A DNA stretch of 64,000 bases from Eledone cirrhosa. Taxonomy: Eukaryota. Each line of letters opens with the position of its first letter. Position 1 is the stretch's first letter. The notes under the pieces were generated by a model. The model ran no database searches, was not told the origin of the DNA, and was given only the letters and a program-made list of their open reading frames with translations. This document shows positions 10,448 to 24,645 of this stretch, one piece after another. Made by a program: the position numbers and the translations under genes. Where the stretch lies: assembly GCA_964016885.1 (NCBI GenBank), contig OZ024743.1, forward strand, positions 14,880,001 to 14,944,000, read 5' to 3'.

Positions 10448-13400
10448 AAGAAAATATATTGTTATAAGGCTCAAAACGTAAAGAAAATATATTGTTATAA
10501 GGCTCAAATATTCAAATATTCAACTTTGTATTGTACACTGTATATCCAAAAAAAAAAAAAATGGCTATAAATGGAAGAAGAACCCCTCCCCTCCTCTCCT
10601 CTGGCTACACTATATAGGACAGCTAAACTCACCAACACCAGAAACTAGATACACCACCCACCCCATCATCTGTGTACACTAAACACAACAGCCAGATAAC
10701 GACACATTTTCACCTTCACCGCCACCGCTCACTACGGCCATCATTACCACCACTATCCCAGCACCGCCGCCACCACCCCTTGACTCCGCTACAGCACCAT
10801 CACTACAGTAATACGGTCACATCACCGCCACCACTGCCTCGGTATCGACATCACCACCACCACTGTCTCAGTATCGCTAACGCCGCCAGTCTCCCACTTC
10901 CCTGCTGGCTGCTACTTCCACACTATAGAATTCCTACTACTAACAAAGAGGAAGGCATAAAAATATATAGATAGACCCAAAAGAAAAAAGAAAAAAACAA
11001 ACAACAAAACCAAAGCAGCACAGCAACAACAGCAAAAAAACGAGAAAAACAAACAGAGAAAAACAAAAACAAAAAAAAGAAACCCCCAAAACGTAAAGAA
11101 AATAAGAATGAAGAGAGAAGCAGGCGGACGGACAGAGAAGAGGGGGGAAAAAGTAAAACTTAAAAAACTAAAACTAAGTCAGACATTCGAACACTACATT
11201 ACAATGAAACTTATGCTTATTCATTTCTGGGGCCCTTTCTGCCTGTGTGTTTGTTTGTTTATGTGTGTTCGTATACAGCGTGGTGATAATGCCACACAAG
11301 GGCCAAGTGGGATGGCGGATCCACAGATGGCTATGTAAACATACATTCGCCAATCCTCGATAAGAGTGTTTAAATATCGAACATAAACAGTTCGAATAAC
11401 GGTGAAATGGAGACTAGAACGTCATGTGACAGGCTCTCACCCAACAGGTGCCCCCTGGCTCAGCAGCAGGAACCTGACTGTCAACCAAATACTGCTGATG
11501 TTGGAGGAAGGAGAAGAAGGAAGGGGGCCAGAACCAACTGGACGAAAGAATTGAATAGAACTGTTATGCAATGCTACCTGAAAAGTAACCCCAAGGAGAG
11601 GGGCTACAGGAGACGGATGCATAACATCTGGAACGAGATTGGTTTATTTAAATTAGATGAACAAAAATTGGCCGGGCAGGCTCGGGTAATAAGAACTAAT
11701 GGGTGGATAAGCGAGCTGGAACTGGAGGAACTGAGCAGAGAGAATGGCTTGGAGATGGCGGGTGTAGTATGCCAGACAAGCGAGCCGGTGGGAAATGAAG
11801 GTGAGGAGGTCCTGAGAACGGAGGAACCACCCGAAGCAGACAATGATCTGAGTACTGAGAAAATAATACCTGGAACAGAGATACGGCCACTGAGGAGATG
11901 AATGCTGACGGGCTAGGACAAGATTCGGTTGACATCCTAAATTTAGTGGTAGATGAATTGAACAATGATAGTGGGAGACCTATGAACCTAAGATTTGTAG
12001 ACAGGAAAAAGTTAAAAGAAACAACAGCTAAGGTAAACAAAGTCATCCCATACCTTGAGGCGAGGAGCCTTCACCAGTGCAACAATATCCTCAGAGCAAC
12101 AGCAAATACGGTGAGGAAACTACTTGGTATAAAAGCGAGAGGAAACAACAGACAAGAAAGAGCAGAGCCGTGGTGGAAGAAGCGACTGAGTGGACAAATC
12201 GGGGAAATGAGAAATGACATAGGAAAGCTTGAGTCACTACTGAATGGGACACTAAAAAACATAGGCACTAAAAATAGACTGGAAATAAAATGCAAAACTA
12301 GGAGTAAAAAGCTAAATATTATCATAGAGGAATTGAAGCAACGCATTGTAGCAAAGAGTGCAAAAATCAGGCGATACGAGAACAGAGTCAGTCAGTATAA
12401 ACAGAACCGCATGTTCGACAACAACCAGAAGATGCTGTTTGGACAGCTTGAGGGCAAAGAAAGAGGCAACGACTTGATCCCTGGGGCGGAGCAAACTAAA
12501 ACATTCTGGAGAGGAATATGGGAGCAGGATGTTAGACACAATGCCCAGGCAGGGTGGATATAGACAGTACAGAGGGAGATCGGTGAGCAGGCACAGCAAC
12601 AGACTGATTTGAGTATCACAGTTGAAACTCTTAAGGGACAAGCCAAAAAACTAACCAACTGGAAATCGCCAGGCCCAGATGGTGTGCAGGGGTATTGGAT
12701 TAAACATCTAACATCCCTCCACCCGAAGCTGACGGCCATGTTCAATGACTGCTTGGTGTCGGGTGAGGTGCCAGAGTGGTTGACAAAAGGTACCACAGTT
12801 CTGATAAAGAAAGACCGAATCAAGGGTAATGATGCTACCAACTATAGACCTATCACATGTTTGCCCGTAATGTGGAAACTGTTGACGAGCATTGTGTCTG
12901 AGGAAGTCTACCATCACCTCCACACAAACAACTTGTTACCGGACGAACAGAAAGGATGCCGAAAGAAGTCACGTGTTACAAAGGACCAGTTGCTTATTGA
13001 TAAGATGGTAATGGGGAATTGCAGGAGGAGACACACTGATCTTGCCATGGGATGGATAGACTACAGAAAGGCATTTGACATGGTGCCTCATTCCTGGATC
13101 ACCAAAAGCCTGGAGATCTTCAGGGTGGCGGATAACATCAGACAGTTGCTAGGCAGGAGTATGGGGTCCTGGGAGACAGAGTTGACATCAACTGGAGTAT
13201 CCTTGGGAAGCGTGAAGATCAAGAGAGGTATCTTCCAGGGAGATAGCCTGTCCCCTCTGTTGTTTGTCCTTGCCCTGATGCCCTTGACCATTATGCTGCG
13301 AAAAGTGAGAGCAGGATACAAGTTGGGAAGGGGAGAGCTTACCATCAATCACCTCCTCTTCATGGACGATCTTAAGCTCTTCGGGAAAAGTGAGAAGGAG

Positions 13401-14880
13401 TTGGATGTGCTTGTTGACACTGTCCGTATTTTCAGCAGTGATATATGTATGCAGTTTGGTATTGGTAAATGTGGAGTCATTGTGATGAAGAGGGGTAGGT
13501 TGAGCAGAAGTAACGGGATCCAGATACCAACAGGTGAGATGATAGAGGAAATTGACTCTGAGGAAGGATACAAGTATTTGGGCGTTCTGGAGGCTGATGG
13601 CATAAAGAACAAAGAAATGAAGGAATTGTTAAGAACTGAATACATTCGGAGAGTAAGGAGCGTATTGAAGTCACATCTGAACAGCAGAAATGCCATAAGC
13701 GCAGTAAATTCCCGAGCTGTGTCTATTATTAGGTACAGTGCGGGAATTCTGAGATGGAATGTTGCTGAACAGAAAGAAATGGATAGGAAGACTAGGAAGC
13801 TATTGACTATCTACAACATGTTCCACAAGAGGAGTGATGTCGATAGACTCTACCTAAGGAGATCTGAGGGTGGAAGATGTCTTATCAGCATAGAGGACTG
13901 TGTTCAGATGGAGAAAAACAACCTATACAAATACGTGACCTATAGTAAGGAGCCAATGCTCAGAGTTGTACTGAAGGAGGGGACAGTAGGCCAGGGGATG
14001 TCCAAGGAGGAAATAACATCAAGGAGGAAGAACAGCCTTAAGGGAAAACCCCTTCATAGTACCTTCTTTGAGAAAACTGAATTTAGAGATCCACAGACAT
14101 GGAACTGGTTGAGAAGAGGAGACCTCAAAAAGGCTACAGAAGGAATGCTAATGGCTGCGCAGGAGCAGGCCCTCAAAACGAAGTGGTTGAAGCACCATAT
14201 CTACAAGGAGGAGGCCAGCCCACTGTGCAGGATCTGTGGAGAGAGAGAGGAAGAGGAGACTGTGGCTCACATTGTGTCCGAGTGTAAACACCTAGCCCAG
14301 ACCCACTATAAGGGCTGGAGACACGATGTGATGGGCAGGGTGATCCACTGGCACCTGTGCAAAGTAAACAATCTACCACATTCTGAGAAATGGTATGAGC
14401 ATAGGCCAGAGGCGGTGATGGAGAACAATCAGGTGAAGGTGCTGTGGGATTTTAGGATACAGACGGACAAAAAACTGGAACACAATAGACCTGACCTGGT
14501 GGTTGTGGACAAAGAAAAAAGATCGTGCCTGATTGTGGATGTGGCCTGCCCGTTCGACACGAGAGTGCAAGAGAAGGAGAGGGAGAAAATTAACCGATAC
14601 CAGGACCTAAAGTGGGAGGTGAAAAGGATTTGGAACTGCCATGAAGTCAAAGTGATCCCGATTGTCATAGGCGCACTAGGGACGATCTCCAAAAGTTTCC
14701 AGGGATGGTTAAAGAAAATCGGCCCCTTCACGCTTTTTGGAACGCTTCAAAAGGCATGCTTGCTTGGAACAGCAAGAACCCTCCGATACGTCCTGAATAT
14801 CTGAGGCTGCAGGTAGTGGCTTGATATTCAATCCAACGGACTTTTCAGTTAACCAACATCAATGACTGAGATTCAAGGAA
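10448..14880 (+). mobile_element. Near full-length R4/Dong-clade RLE non-LTR retrotransposon
   Basis: Bounded by (TAA)n at both ends; single RT-CCHC-RLE reading frame; 5' boundary inferred from the taa run. Confidence 0.85.
11374..14804 (+). pseudogene. R4/Dong ORF (N-terminal domain, RT, CCHC, RLE) broken by ATG>ATA, one frameshift (~11880-11900) and one stop (12561-12563)
   Basis: WTKELN..MQCY..S.P..RGYRRRM; WKSPGPDG, YRPITCL, WIDYRKAFD, GIFQGDSLSP, LFMDDLK; CRICG..ETVAHIVSEC; RHD, RPD, DVACP. Confidence 0.92.
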
Positions 14881-14919
14881 TAACAATAACAATAATAATA
14901 ATAATAATAATAATAATAA

Positions 14920-15588
14920 GGACGAGGCTAGCCCACTGTGCGGGATCTGTGGAGAGAGAGAGGAGACTGTGGCTCACATTGTATCCGAGTGCAAACACCT
15001 AGCCCAGACTCACTATAAAGGCTGGAGACATGATGTGATGGGCAGGGTGATCCACTGGCACCTATGCAAAGTAAACAATTTACCACATTCTGAGAAGTGG
15101 CATGAGTATAAACCAGAGGCGGCGATAGAAAACGATCAGGTGAAGGTGCTGTGGTATTTTAGGATACAGACGGACAAGAAACTGGAACACAATAGACATG
15201 ACCTGGTGGTTTTGGACAATGAAAAAAAATCGTGCCTGATTGTGGATGTGGCCTGCCCATTCGACACGAGAGTGCAGGAAAAGGAGAGGGAGAAAATTAA
15301 CCGATACCAGGACTTAAAGTGGGATGTAAAAAGGATTTGGAACTGCCATGAAGTCAAAGTGGACCCGATTGTCATAGGCGCACTAGGTACTATCTCAAAC
15401 AGTTTCCAGGGATAATTAAAGAAAATTGGCTCCGCACCGCTTTTTAGAACACTTCAAAAGGCATGCTTGCTGGGAACAGCAAGAACCCTCCCATACATCC
15501 TGTATATCTGACGCTGCAGGTAGTGGCTTGATATTCATTTCAACAAACTTTCCAATTAACTAACATCAATGACTGAGACTCAAAGAAC
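14920..15588 (+). mobile_element. 3' fragment of R4/Dong-like LINE
   Basis: Homologous to 14210-14880; taa runs on both sides. Confidence 0.9.
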
Positions 15589-15607
15589 AATAATAATAAT
15601 AATAATG

Positions 15608-18600
15608 ATATAAATAGACTGATTTGATGACCTGGTCAAAAATAAAAAAAAATAAAAAAAATAAAAAAAATAAAAAAAATAAAAATAAAAACAGCACAGC
15701 AGCAACGAAAAACGTAAAGAAAAGAAAACAGAAAAGAAAAACAAACAGACAGACAGACAAGAAAAAAAACTAAGTTAGACATTCAAACATTACATTACAA
15801 TGAAACTTATGCTTATTTTCTTTGGTGTGTGTGTGTTTGTGGGGGGTACTTATTTGTTTCTTTGTTTATATATGTTCGTCTACAGCGTGATAGTGCCACA
15901 CTAAAATCACCAGGGGTGATGAAATCACCGGTGGGTATGTAACGATACATTCACCAATCTTCGATAAGAGTGTTTAAATGTCGAATCCAAACAGTTCGAA
16001 TAACGGTGAAGTGGAGACTGGAATGTATGTGACAGACTCTCACCCAACAGGTGCTCCCTGGCTCAGCAGAAGGGACCTGGCTGTCAACCAAGTACTGCTG
16101 GTGTCGGAGGAAGAAGAAGAAGAAGGAAAGGGACCGGAACCAACTGGACGAAAGAATTGAATAGAACTGTTATGCAAAGTTACCTGAAGAGTAACCCCAA
16201 GGAAAAAGGCTATAGAAAACGGATGCATAACATCTGGAACGAGATTGGTCTATTTAAATTAGATGAAGAAAAATTGGCCGGGCAGGCTTGGGTAATAAGA
16301 ACTAATGGATGGATAAGCTAGCTGGAACTGGAGCAACTGAGCGGAGAGATGCGGTTGGAAATGGAAAGTGGAGTATACCAGGCAAACGAGCCAGTGGGAA
16401 ATGAAGGTGAAGATGCTGAGGGAACGGAGGAACCATCCGAAGCAGACACTGATCTGAATGGTGAAATAAATAATACCTGGAACAAAGATACGGCCATTGA
16501 AGAGATGAATGCTGACGGGCTGGGACAAGAGTTGGTTAATATCCTAAACTTAGTGGTAGATGAATTGAACAATGATAGTGGGAGACCTATGAAGCTAAGA
16601 TTTGTAGACAGGAAAAAGTTAAAAGAAACAACAGCTAAGGTAAACAAAGTCATCCCATACCTTGAAGCGAGGAGCCTTCGCCAGTGCAACAATATCCTCA
16701 AAGCAACAGTAAATGCGGTGAGGAAATTACTTGGCATAAAAGCGGGAGGTAACAACAAACAAGAAAGTTCAGAACCTTGGTGGAAGAAACGACTGAATGG
16801 TCAAATCAGGGAAATGAGAAATGACGTTGGAAAGCTTGAGTCCCTACTGAATGGGAGACCAAAGAACATAGACACTAAAAATAGACTGGAAATAAAGTAC
16901 AAAACTAGGAGGAAAAAGCTAAATATTATCATAGAGGAACTGAAGCAACGCATTGTAGCAAAGAGTGCAGAAATTAGGCGATACGAGAGCAAATCCAGTC
17001 AGTATAGACAGAACCGCATGTTTGACAACAACCAGAAGATGTTGTTTGGACAACTTGAAGGGAAAGAAAGAGGCAACGACCTAATCCCTGAGGCGGAAGA
17101 AACTAAAACATTCTGGAGCGGAATATGGGAGCAAGATGTTAAACATAATGACCAGGCAGTGTGGATTGAAACAGTACAAAAGGAGATTAGTGAACAGGCA
17201 CACCAACAAACTGATTTGAGTATCACAGTTGAAACTCTTAAGGGGCAGGCCAAAAAACTAACCAACTGGAAATCACCTGGCCCAGATGGTGTGCAGGGGT
17301 ATTGGATTAAAATCATAACATCCCTCCACCCGAAAATGACAACCATGTTCAATGACTGCTTGATGTTAGGTGAGGTACCAGATTGGTTGACAGAAGGTAC
17401 CACAGTTGTGATAATGAAAGTCCGAATCAAGAGTAATGATGTTACCAACAATAGACCTATTACATGTCTGTCCGTAATGTGGAAACTGTTGACAAGCATT
17501 GTGTCTGAGGAAATCTACCATCACCTCCACACAAACAACTTGTTACCGGACGAACAGAAAGGATGCCGAAAGAAGTCCCGTGGTACAAAGGACCAGTTAG
17601 TTATTGATAAGATGGTAATGAGGTATTGCAAGAGGAGACACATTGGTCTTGCGATGGGATTGATAGACTACAAACAGGCATTTGACATGGTGCCTCATTC
17701 TTGATCACTAAAAGCCTATAGATCCTCAGGGTGGCAGATGACATCAGACTGTTGTTGAACAAAAGTATGGAGTCCTGGAATATAGAGTTAACATCGGGTG
17801 GAGAATACTTGGGAGGCGTGAAGATCAAGAGAAGTATCGTCCACAGAGGGAGTTTGTCCCCTCTGTTGTTTGTCCTTGCCCTGATACCCCAGACCATTAT
17901 ACTGCTAATAGTGAGAGCAGGATAGAAGTTGGGAAAGGGAGAGGTTACCATCAATCACCTCCTCTTCATGGACGATCTTAAGCTCTTCGGGAAGAGTGAG
18001 AAGGAGCTGGATGTGCTTGTTGACACTGTCCGTATTTTCAGCAATGATATATGTATGCAATTTGGTATTAGTAACTGTGGAGTCCTCGTGATCAAGACGG
18101 GTAAATTTGAACAGAAACAACGGAATCCAGGTACCAACAGATCAGATGATATAGGAAATTGACACTGAAGAAGGATACAAGTATTTGGGTGTTCTGGAGG
18201 CCGATGACATCAAGAACAACAAAATGAAGGAATTGATAAGATCTGAATACATTCGGAGTGTAAGGAGCGTATTAAAGTCACATCTGAACAGTAGGAATGT
18301 CATAAGTGCAGTAAATTCCCGAGCTGTGTCTATTATTAGGTACAGTGCAGGAATTCTGAAATGGAATGTTGCTGAACAAAAATAAATGGATAGGAAGACT
18401 AGGAAGCTATTGACTATCTACAACATGTTCCACAAGAGGAGTGATGTCGATAGACTCTACCCAAGGAGATCTGAATGTGGAAGAGGTATAATCAGCATAG
18501 AGGACTGTGTTCAGATGGAGAAAAACAACCTACACAAATATGGGACTGACAGTAGGGAGCCAATGCTCAGAATTGTACTGAAGGAGGGGACAATAGAACA

Positions 18601-19651
18601 GGGGATGTCCAAGGAGGAAATAACAAGGAGGAAGTGCAACCTTCATGAAAAATCACTTCATAGTACCTTCTATGAGAATACTGAATTCAGAGAACCACAG
18701 ACATGGAACTGGTTGAAAAGAGGAGACCTTAAAAAGGCTACAGAAGGAATGCTTATGGCTGCACAAGAGCAGGCCCTCAAAAAGAAGTGGCTGAAACACC
18801 ATATTAACAAGGAGGAGGCTAGCCCACTGTGTAGGATCTGTGGAGAGAGAGATGAGACTGTGGTTCACATTGTATCCGAGTGTAAACATCTAGCCCAGAC
18901 TCACTGTAAAGGCTGAAGACATAATGTGACAGGGTGATCCACTGGCACCTATGCAAAGTAAACAAGTTACCACATTATGAGAAGTTGTATGAGCATAAGC
19001 CAGAGTCGGTGATAGAAAACGATCAGGTGAAGGTGCTGTGGGAATTTAGGATACAGACGTACAAGAAACTGGTGGTTTGGGACAAGGAAAAAATATTGTG
19101 TTGATTGTAGATGTAGCCTGCCCATTCGACACGATAGTGCAAGAGAAGGAGAGGGAGAAAATTAACCGATACCAGGACCTATAGTGGGAGGTAAAAAGGA
19201 TTAGAACTGCCATGAAGTCAAAGTGGTCCCGATTGTCATAGGCGCACTAGGTACTATCTCAAAGAGTTTTCAAGGATGGTTAAAGAAAATTAGTCCAGTC
19301 CCGCTTTTAGGAACACTTCAAAAGTCATGCTTGCTGGGAAGAGCAAGAATGCTCCGATACGTCCTGAGGCTGCAGGTAGTGGCTTGATATTAATTTCAAC
19401 AAACTTTCCAGTTAAATAACTGTTTCTACTTTAGGAACAAGGCCAGCAATTACCCAGTGCATTACTAGCAATTTATTTTTATCGACCCCGTAAGGATGAA
19501 AGGCAAAGTCAACCTGGGCGGGATTTGAACTCAGATCGTAAAGGGACGTAACTATGCTGGAAAGCGTGGCGTCCGACCCTCCACCGATACTGCCAATCCA
19601 CCGCCCTTTAACTTTCCAGTTAAATAACATCAATGACTGAGACACAAAGAA
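15608..19651 (+). mobile_element. Second long, degenerate R4/Dong-like copy (ORF from ATG 15978, many stops and frameshifts)
   Basis: Colinear with 10960-14880; taa runs on both sides; SINE inserted in 3' UTR. Confidence 0.9.
19421..19609 (-). mobile_element. tRNA-derived CORE-type SINE (octopus OR-like) with 19-bp target-site duplication
   Basis: A box tggcagtatcggt, B box gagttcaaatcc, core gcctttcatcc..ggggtcgataaaa; TSD aactttccagttaaataac at 19402-19420 and 19610-19628. Confidence 0.88.
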
Positions 19652-21439
19652 CAATAATAATAATAAAATTAGGATGATTAAATAAAAAGAAAACTCAAAA
19701 CAAGACGCCCCAAATGAAGGCAGAAAGAAAAAAATTCTTTAAAGAAGAAACTTTAAAGAATTACTTTTTTTAAATAAAAACAATGCCAAACATGTTGAAC
19801 TTAGACCTCCAATATCTTCCGCGTTCTGATGGACTTTGGCAGGTTCGACCAATACCAATGCTACTGCTGCTCCAGCCCGTGTCGCAATGCCTGACAAACA
19901 AGCTGTTTGTCAGGCATTGGGGAAATTTCACGGTATATGTAAATATAGATGAAATTAATGGCGTACATATTGCAATAAGAGGTGAAATGAACCCAGAAAT
20001 GAAACTAGATAGTGTTTGATAAACAGAGAAACGAACCCAGAAATGTAAACAGTGTTTGATAAAACGTATAGATATAACCTGTAGCAGAATGAGGGTTAGT
20101 TAAAAATCATTGTATTTCGTGTATCCGAACCTAACTGTGCTCATGGTGGAGTCACATCCTGAGATCGTTTAAACCAATGCCAACATTTTCATGTGTGTAT
20201 GTGTATGTGAGTATGTGCATGTGTATGTGTGAACGTGTCTCTGTCTAAGTGAACGTGGGTGCTTGTTTATGGGTGATAATCGAAAGCAACACAACATATC
20301 CACACCGTACCAACATCAGCCTTGGAAACTGTAACTAATGTACTATTTAAAAAAATAAAAAAATGTTTATATAATTGTTTAAAGGTCGGCAGGAATAGTT
20401 TTAAACAAAGATATAATCATGCGAACATTTTATACGTATCAACACAGATTTTAACTTTGATGGGAATATTAAAAAGGTATTAAAAATACATTTTCGCATG
20501 TCAGTCGTTTTCTAAACCGAGATACAAACAACACAGTTGCAGTGGAAGTAGCAGAGAGAATATATTGATTTTAATTTCCTATATTCAACATGCATGTCTA
20601 GCAAGGAAAATGTAACAACACTGATGAGTATTACATTTTGATAAGTAATACACATTTGAAAACTTTTTCTGTGAATCAGGTTATTGATATGGATGGTGTC
20701 AACTACAATTAGAATGATTCTTACATATTCACGAATCAACACATCTGAAGGGAATCTGCTCACAGAAACGTTAAATAACTATGTCTGGCTGATTCAGTAA
20801 CGTTGTAGCGTTCACGCATGTGTAGTAAAAAAAAAAATATTATCAGCGGGACTTTATTGTTATCAATGTGACGTCGAACCACATCTCAGCATTAATGACA
20901 AGCAATTAAATATAGATAATAAGAGTTGTCATGTCAGCAAGGCATTTTAAACCACTTAGATTTGGTATCTCAATTGAATGGTTTAGATGCACATGTAAAC
21001 ATTTGACAAAGCTATGAAAGTATGTAATTAATTAACACATGAGAGAAAGTTGCAGAGCTTATATAATAGGTTTCGGTATTTACGTGACGCCATGCAATTG
21101 TTAATGTTAGTAGCAACAAAGTTGACATTGGTTTTGATATTATAGCAACTAAATTGATAAATAAAAAATAAAAAATGATATACGTGAAAGTCAATAAAAC
21201 ATTCGGTAAATTATAATAATTCCATCAATACCATTTTATATAAAGGACTGCTTCACGGTGTCTACTTTATACTGTTTTTAGACGATAACCTAATTCTCAG
21301 CATCGGCAGTGTCAATGTCACAGAATGAGTATAAATGTGCTCAACTTCTAGATCGACGAGGAATATATCACTGAAATACAAATGAAGCAGCATCGTTCGA
21401 ATCCCAACATACATAAATAAATAATATCTAATTACACAT

Positions 21440-21472
<33 letters not shown>

Positions 21473-21558
21473 CGGTTCTTATATATTTCATATATATTTA
21501 TCCTTATCGAACCCTCTTTGGATTTTAGTCTTCAAATTTATTATTATTACTATATATA

Positions 21559-21747
21559 GGCGGTGGTTTGGCAGTATCGGTAGAGGGTCGGACGCCATGC
21601 TTTGACGCATTGAGTTACGACCCTTGCCATTCTGAGTTCAAATCCCGCCGAGGTTAACTTTGCCTTTCATCCTACGGGGTCGATAAAATAAAGTACCAGT
21701 AATACACTGGGTAATTGCTGGCCTTGTGCCAAAAGTAGAAACAATTA
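21559..21747 (+). mobile_element. tRNA-derived CORE-type SINE, second copy
   Basis: Same A/B boxes and core as 19421-19609; flanked by ta runs. Confidence 0.85.
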
Positions 21748-21765
21748 CTATATATATATATATGT

Positions 21766-21843
<78 letters not shown>

Positions 21844-22388
21844 GTGTGTATGTGTGTGTGTGTGTGTGTAATTAGATATTATTTATTTTTATGTATGTTG
21901 GGATTGGAACGATGCTGCTTCAGAAATATACATATTTTACCAAAACTAGCGTTATTTATATGCAAATTAGTACATTGATTTCAGAATAATACTAAGAGCG
22001 CACTGGTATATATAACCATCAATTTCATTTTGGGTGATTGGTTGATATACACAGCTATTGATGAGGCTCCAATTGCTACATCTCCCCTAATTTTGTGTCT
22101 CTATTGATCGGATTTGGTTATTCATCAGACCAGGAGCTCGCTCCTATTGCTACAGAGCCATCACATCTAGTGGTCGTATGGCTATCGGCCACTTGCGATA
22201 CGTTCTCTAGCCGAACATCTCAAGTTGTTCCATTTTACTTAGCTGAAAATGAGCAACAGCAGTAGCTGCAGATTTATCCATGCGATGGACAGACCAGCTC
22301 TTCAGTGGGGGCGATCTTTGTATTCTCAGTCACTTTACTCAATGGGGTCTGAGATAAACACCGAGCTTGCAATAGACTTGAAACCTAT

Positions 22389-22452
22389 TGTGCATGTGTA
22401 TACCAAAATGTCCTAGGTAATGTGCATGTGTATACCAAAATGTCCTAGGTAA
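22389..22452. repeat. Exact 32-bp tandem duplication
   Basis: tgtgcatgtgtataccaaaatgtcctaggtaa x2. Confidence 0.9.
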
Positions 22453-22802
22453 TTCTATGCAGTGTACATCCAAGAGTAAGATTATTCTAAATTCATACAA
22501 CGTCATACATGAATATTCTCGAAAAGATCAAAATTCTTGTTGAACATGTGCTCTCTTTCACGTCTTTCTCTAAATCGAAAACTGACATCGAATGGAACAA
22601 TAGACTTCGACTTGAAACACTCTATGATCAAGCTTCCAAGTTTTTCTATGTCCCTGTGTTTATAACTCGACCCCACATCATTCTATGAATCCATTTATCT
22701 TCCTTTGTGTCTATTTTTCGCTAGATTTCTCTACCCTCTCTTTCTGTTTATGGCTCTCTTTTTCAGTTACATACGGCCTATCTCTCTCTCTCCCACTCTC
22801 TC

Positions 22803-22862
<60 letters not shown>

Positions 22863-23295
22863 TCTTTCTGACGCACATAACCCCCCCCCCCCCACACACA
22901 CACACACATACACACATATACACGAATGGTATCTATTTTACTCTAGGGAGTGGAGAACTGGCTAGAGTAACTTTATAGGAAAACATCAATGATATATGAT
23001 AGGTGCTTTTTATTCCAAATAAGCTATATATATATATATATGAATAACACATTAAACACGGAGTTAAAGACTCATGTTAATCCCCTCTAATTCAATGTGC
23101 TCGAGAAAAAGATTCTGGGCTGTTTATGAGATAGTATATTGAGAAAAATACACAAAGAGCTGTGTGTTCAATTATAGGGTATAGAACACCAATAGAGAGA
23201 AGAACATATTGTCTATGAAAGGAATGGAGAATATAGATCAATTAAAATGTACAAACCATCCGTTAATAACTAAAGCACCTGGACATGTTCTATAG

Positions 23296-23587
23296 CAGTC
23301 GTGGGCAACCTGCGGCCCGCGAAGCTTTCTGAATGGCTCTCCTATATCACCTAAGTGAAACCTTTCTGATGTTTTTACCCCAACTTTTCAGTCGTAACTT
23401 ATCTTTCCGTCATTTTTACGATCGGTGAAAACAATGTGTACGAATTCTAAAGAATCAAATGAAAATAACCTGAGTTAACGCCCTTCCTTTTTAATGTGGG
23501 CATGAATTTAAATTAGCGCTTGCGGCCCACCTGATAATGAGCCATATCTCATGCGGCACGCTTCTAGAAAAAGGTTGCCCATGCCTG
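23296..23587. mobile_element. Non-autonomous hAT (Charlie-like) MITE
   Basis: TIRs CAGTCGTGGGCAACCT / AGGTTGCCCATGCCTG, subterminal gcggccc motifs, 8-bp TSD ttctatag/ctctatag. Confidence 0.85.
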
Positions 23588-23942
23588 CTCTATAGCATGT
23601 TCCGTCACAAATAATGTGTAAATTGATACCCTGGAAGGCTTATCAACAGGTGGACTAAACATATAACCTACACTTCTAAAGATGTAGCAGATAACTAGTA
23701 TACGCACATGGTGGAAAGAAAAAAAACGCGCACACTATATACCCCATGTTGTTGTTAATGGACAAAAATATCGATAAAAACACCAGCTGAGAGCCATTCA
23801 ACTTAAGAAGTTCTCCTTACCTTACATATAGAAATTAATCAGGAGTCAATATACCAAATTAAAAAAATGGAGTTAAAGTCTCATATTAAACTCCTATAAT
23901 TTGATGCGATCAAGGGATATATTTCGAGCTCTTTATAACACC

Positions 23943-24088
<146 letters not shown>

Positions 24089-24446
24089 ACATATATATAT
24101 ATTTATATGGGTGTGAGTGTTGTGTGTATGTATGTGTGTTTTCAGAGTATAATTGCCATCTTGCAATAAAGTTTCCGTATTAAATCACGAATACTTTTCT
24201 TTATAAAGACTTGTTTTGCAGTTCTCTATAATTTCTGTCAAAAAGTAATACTATAACCTATTCATGTGATGCACCACGAATAAATGAGGTGAATATAATA
24301 GATGCCAGAAATAAAACAAATATGTAGTAGGTTCAAATAATGAACCAATGTTCTCTAGAAATATTCTTGTCTATGATATCAATTTCCACTGGAATTGCGA
24401 CGCTTCCTCACAGACACACGCGTGTATATGTAAGTATGTATGTATG

Positions 24447-24557
<111 letters not shown>

Positions 24558-24598
24558 ATATATAGTTATATATGCATATCTATATAGATGTAGATATC

Positions 24599-24645
<47 letters not shown>

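Noticed and set aside
21559-21650. tRNA gene
   Set aside because: A/B boxes belong to a SINE head; no cloverleaf; continues into the CORE domain
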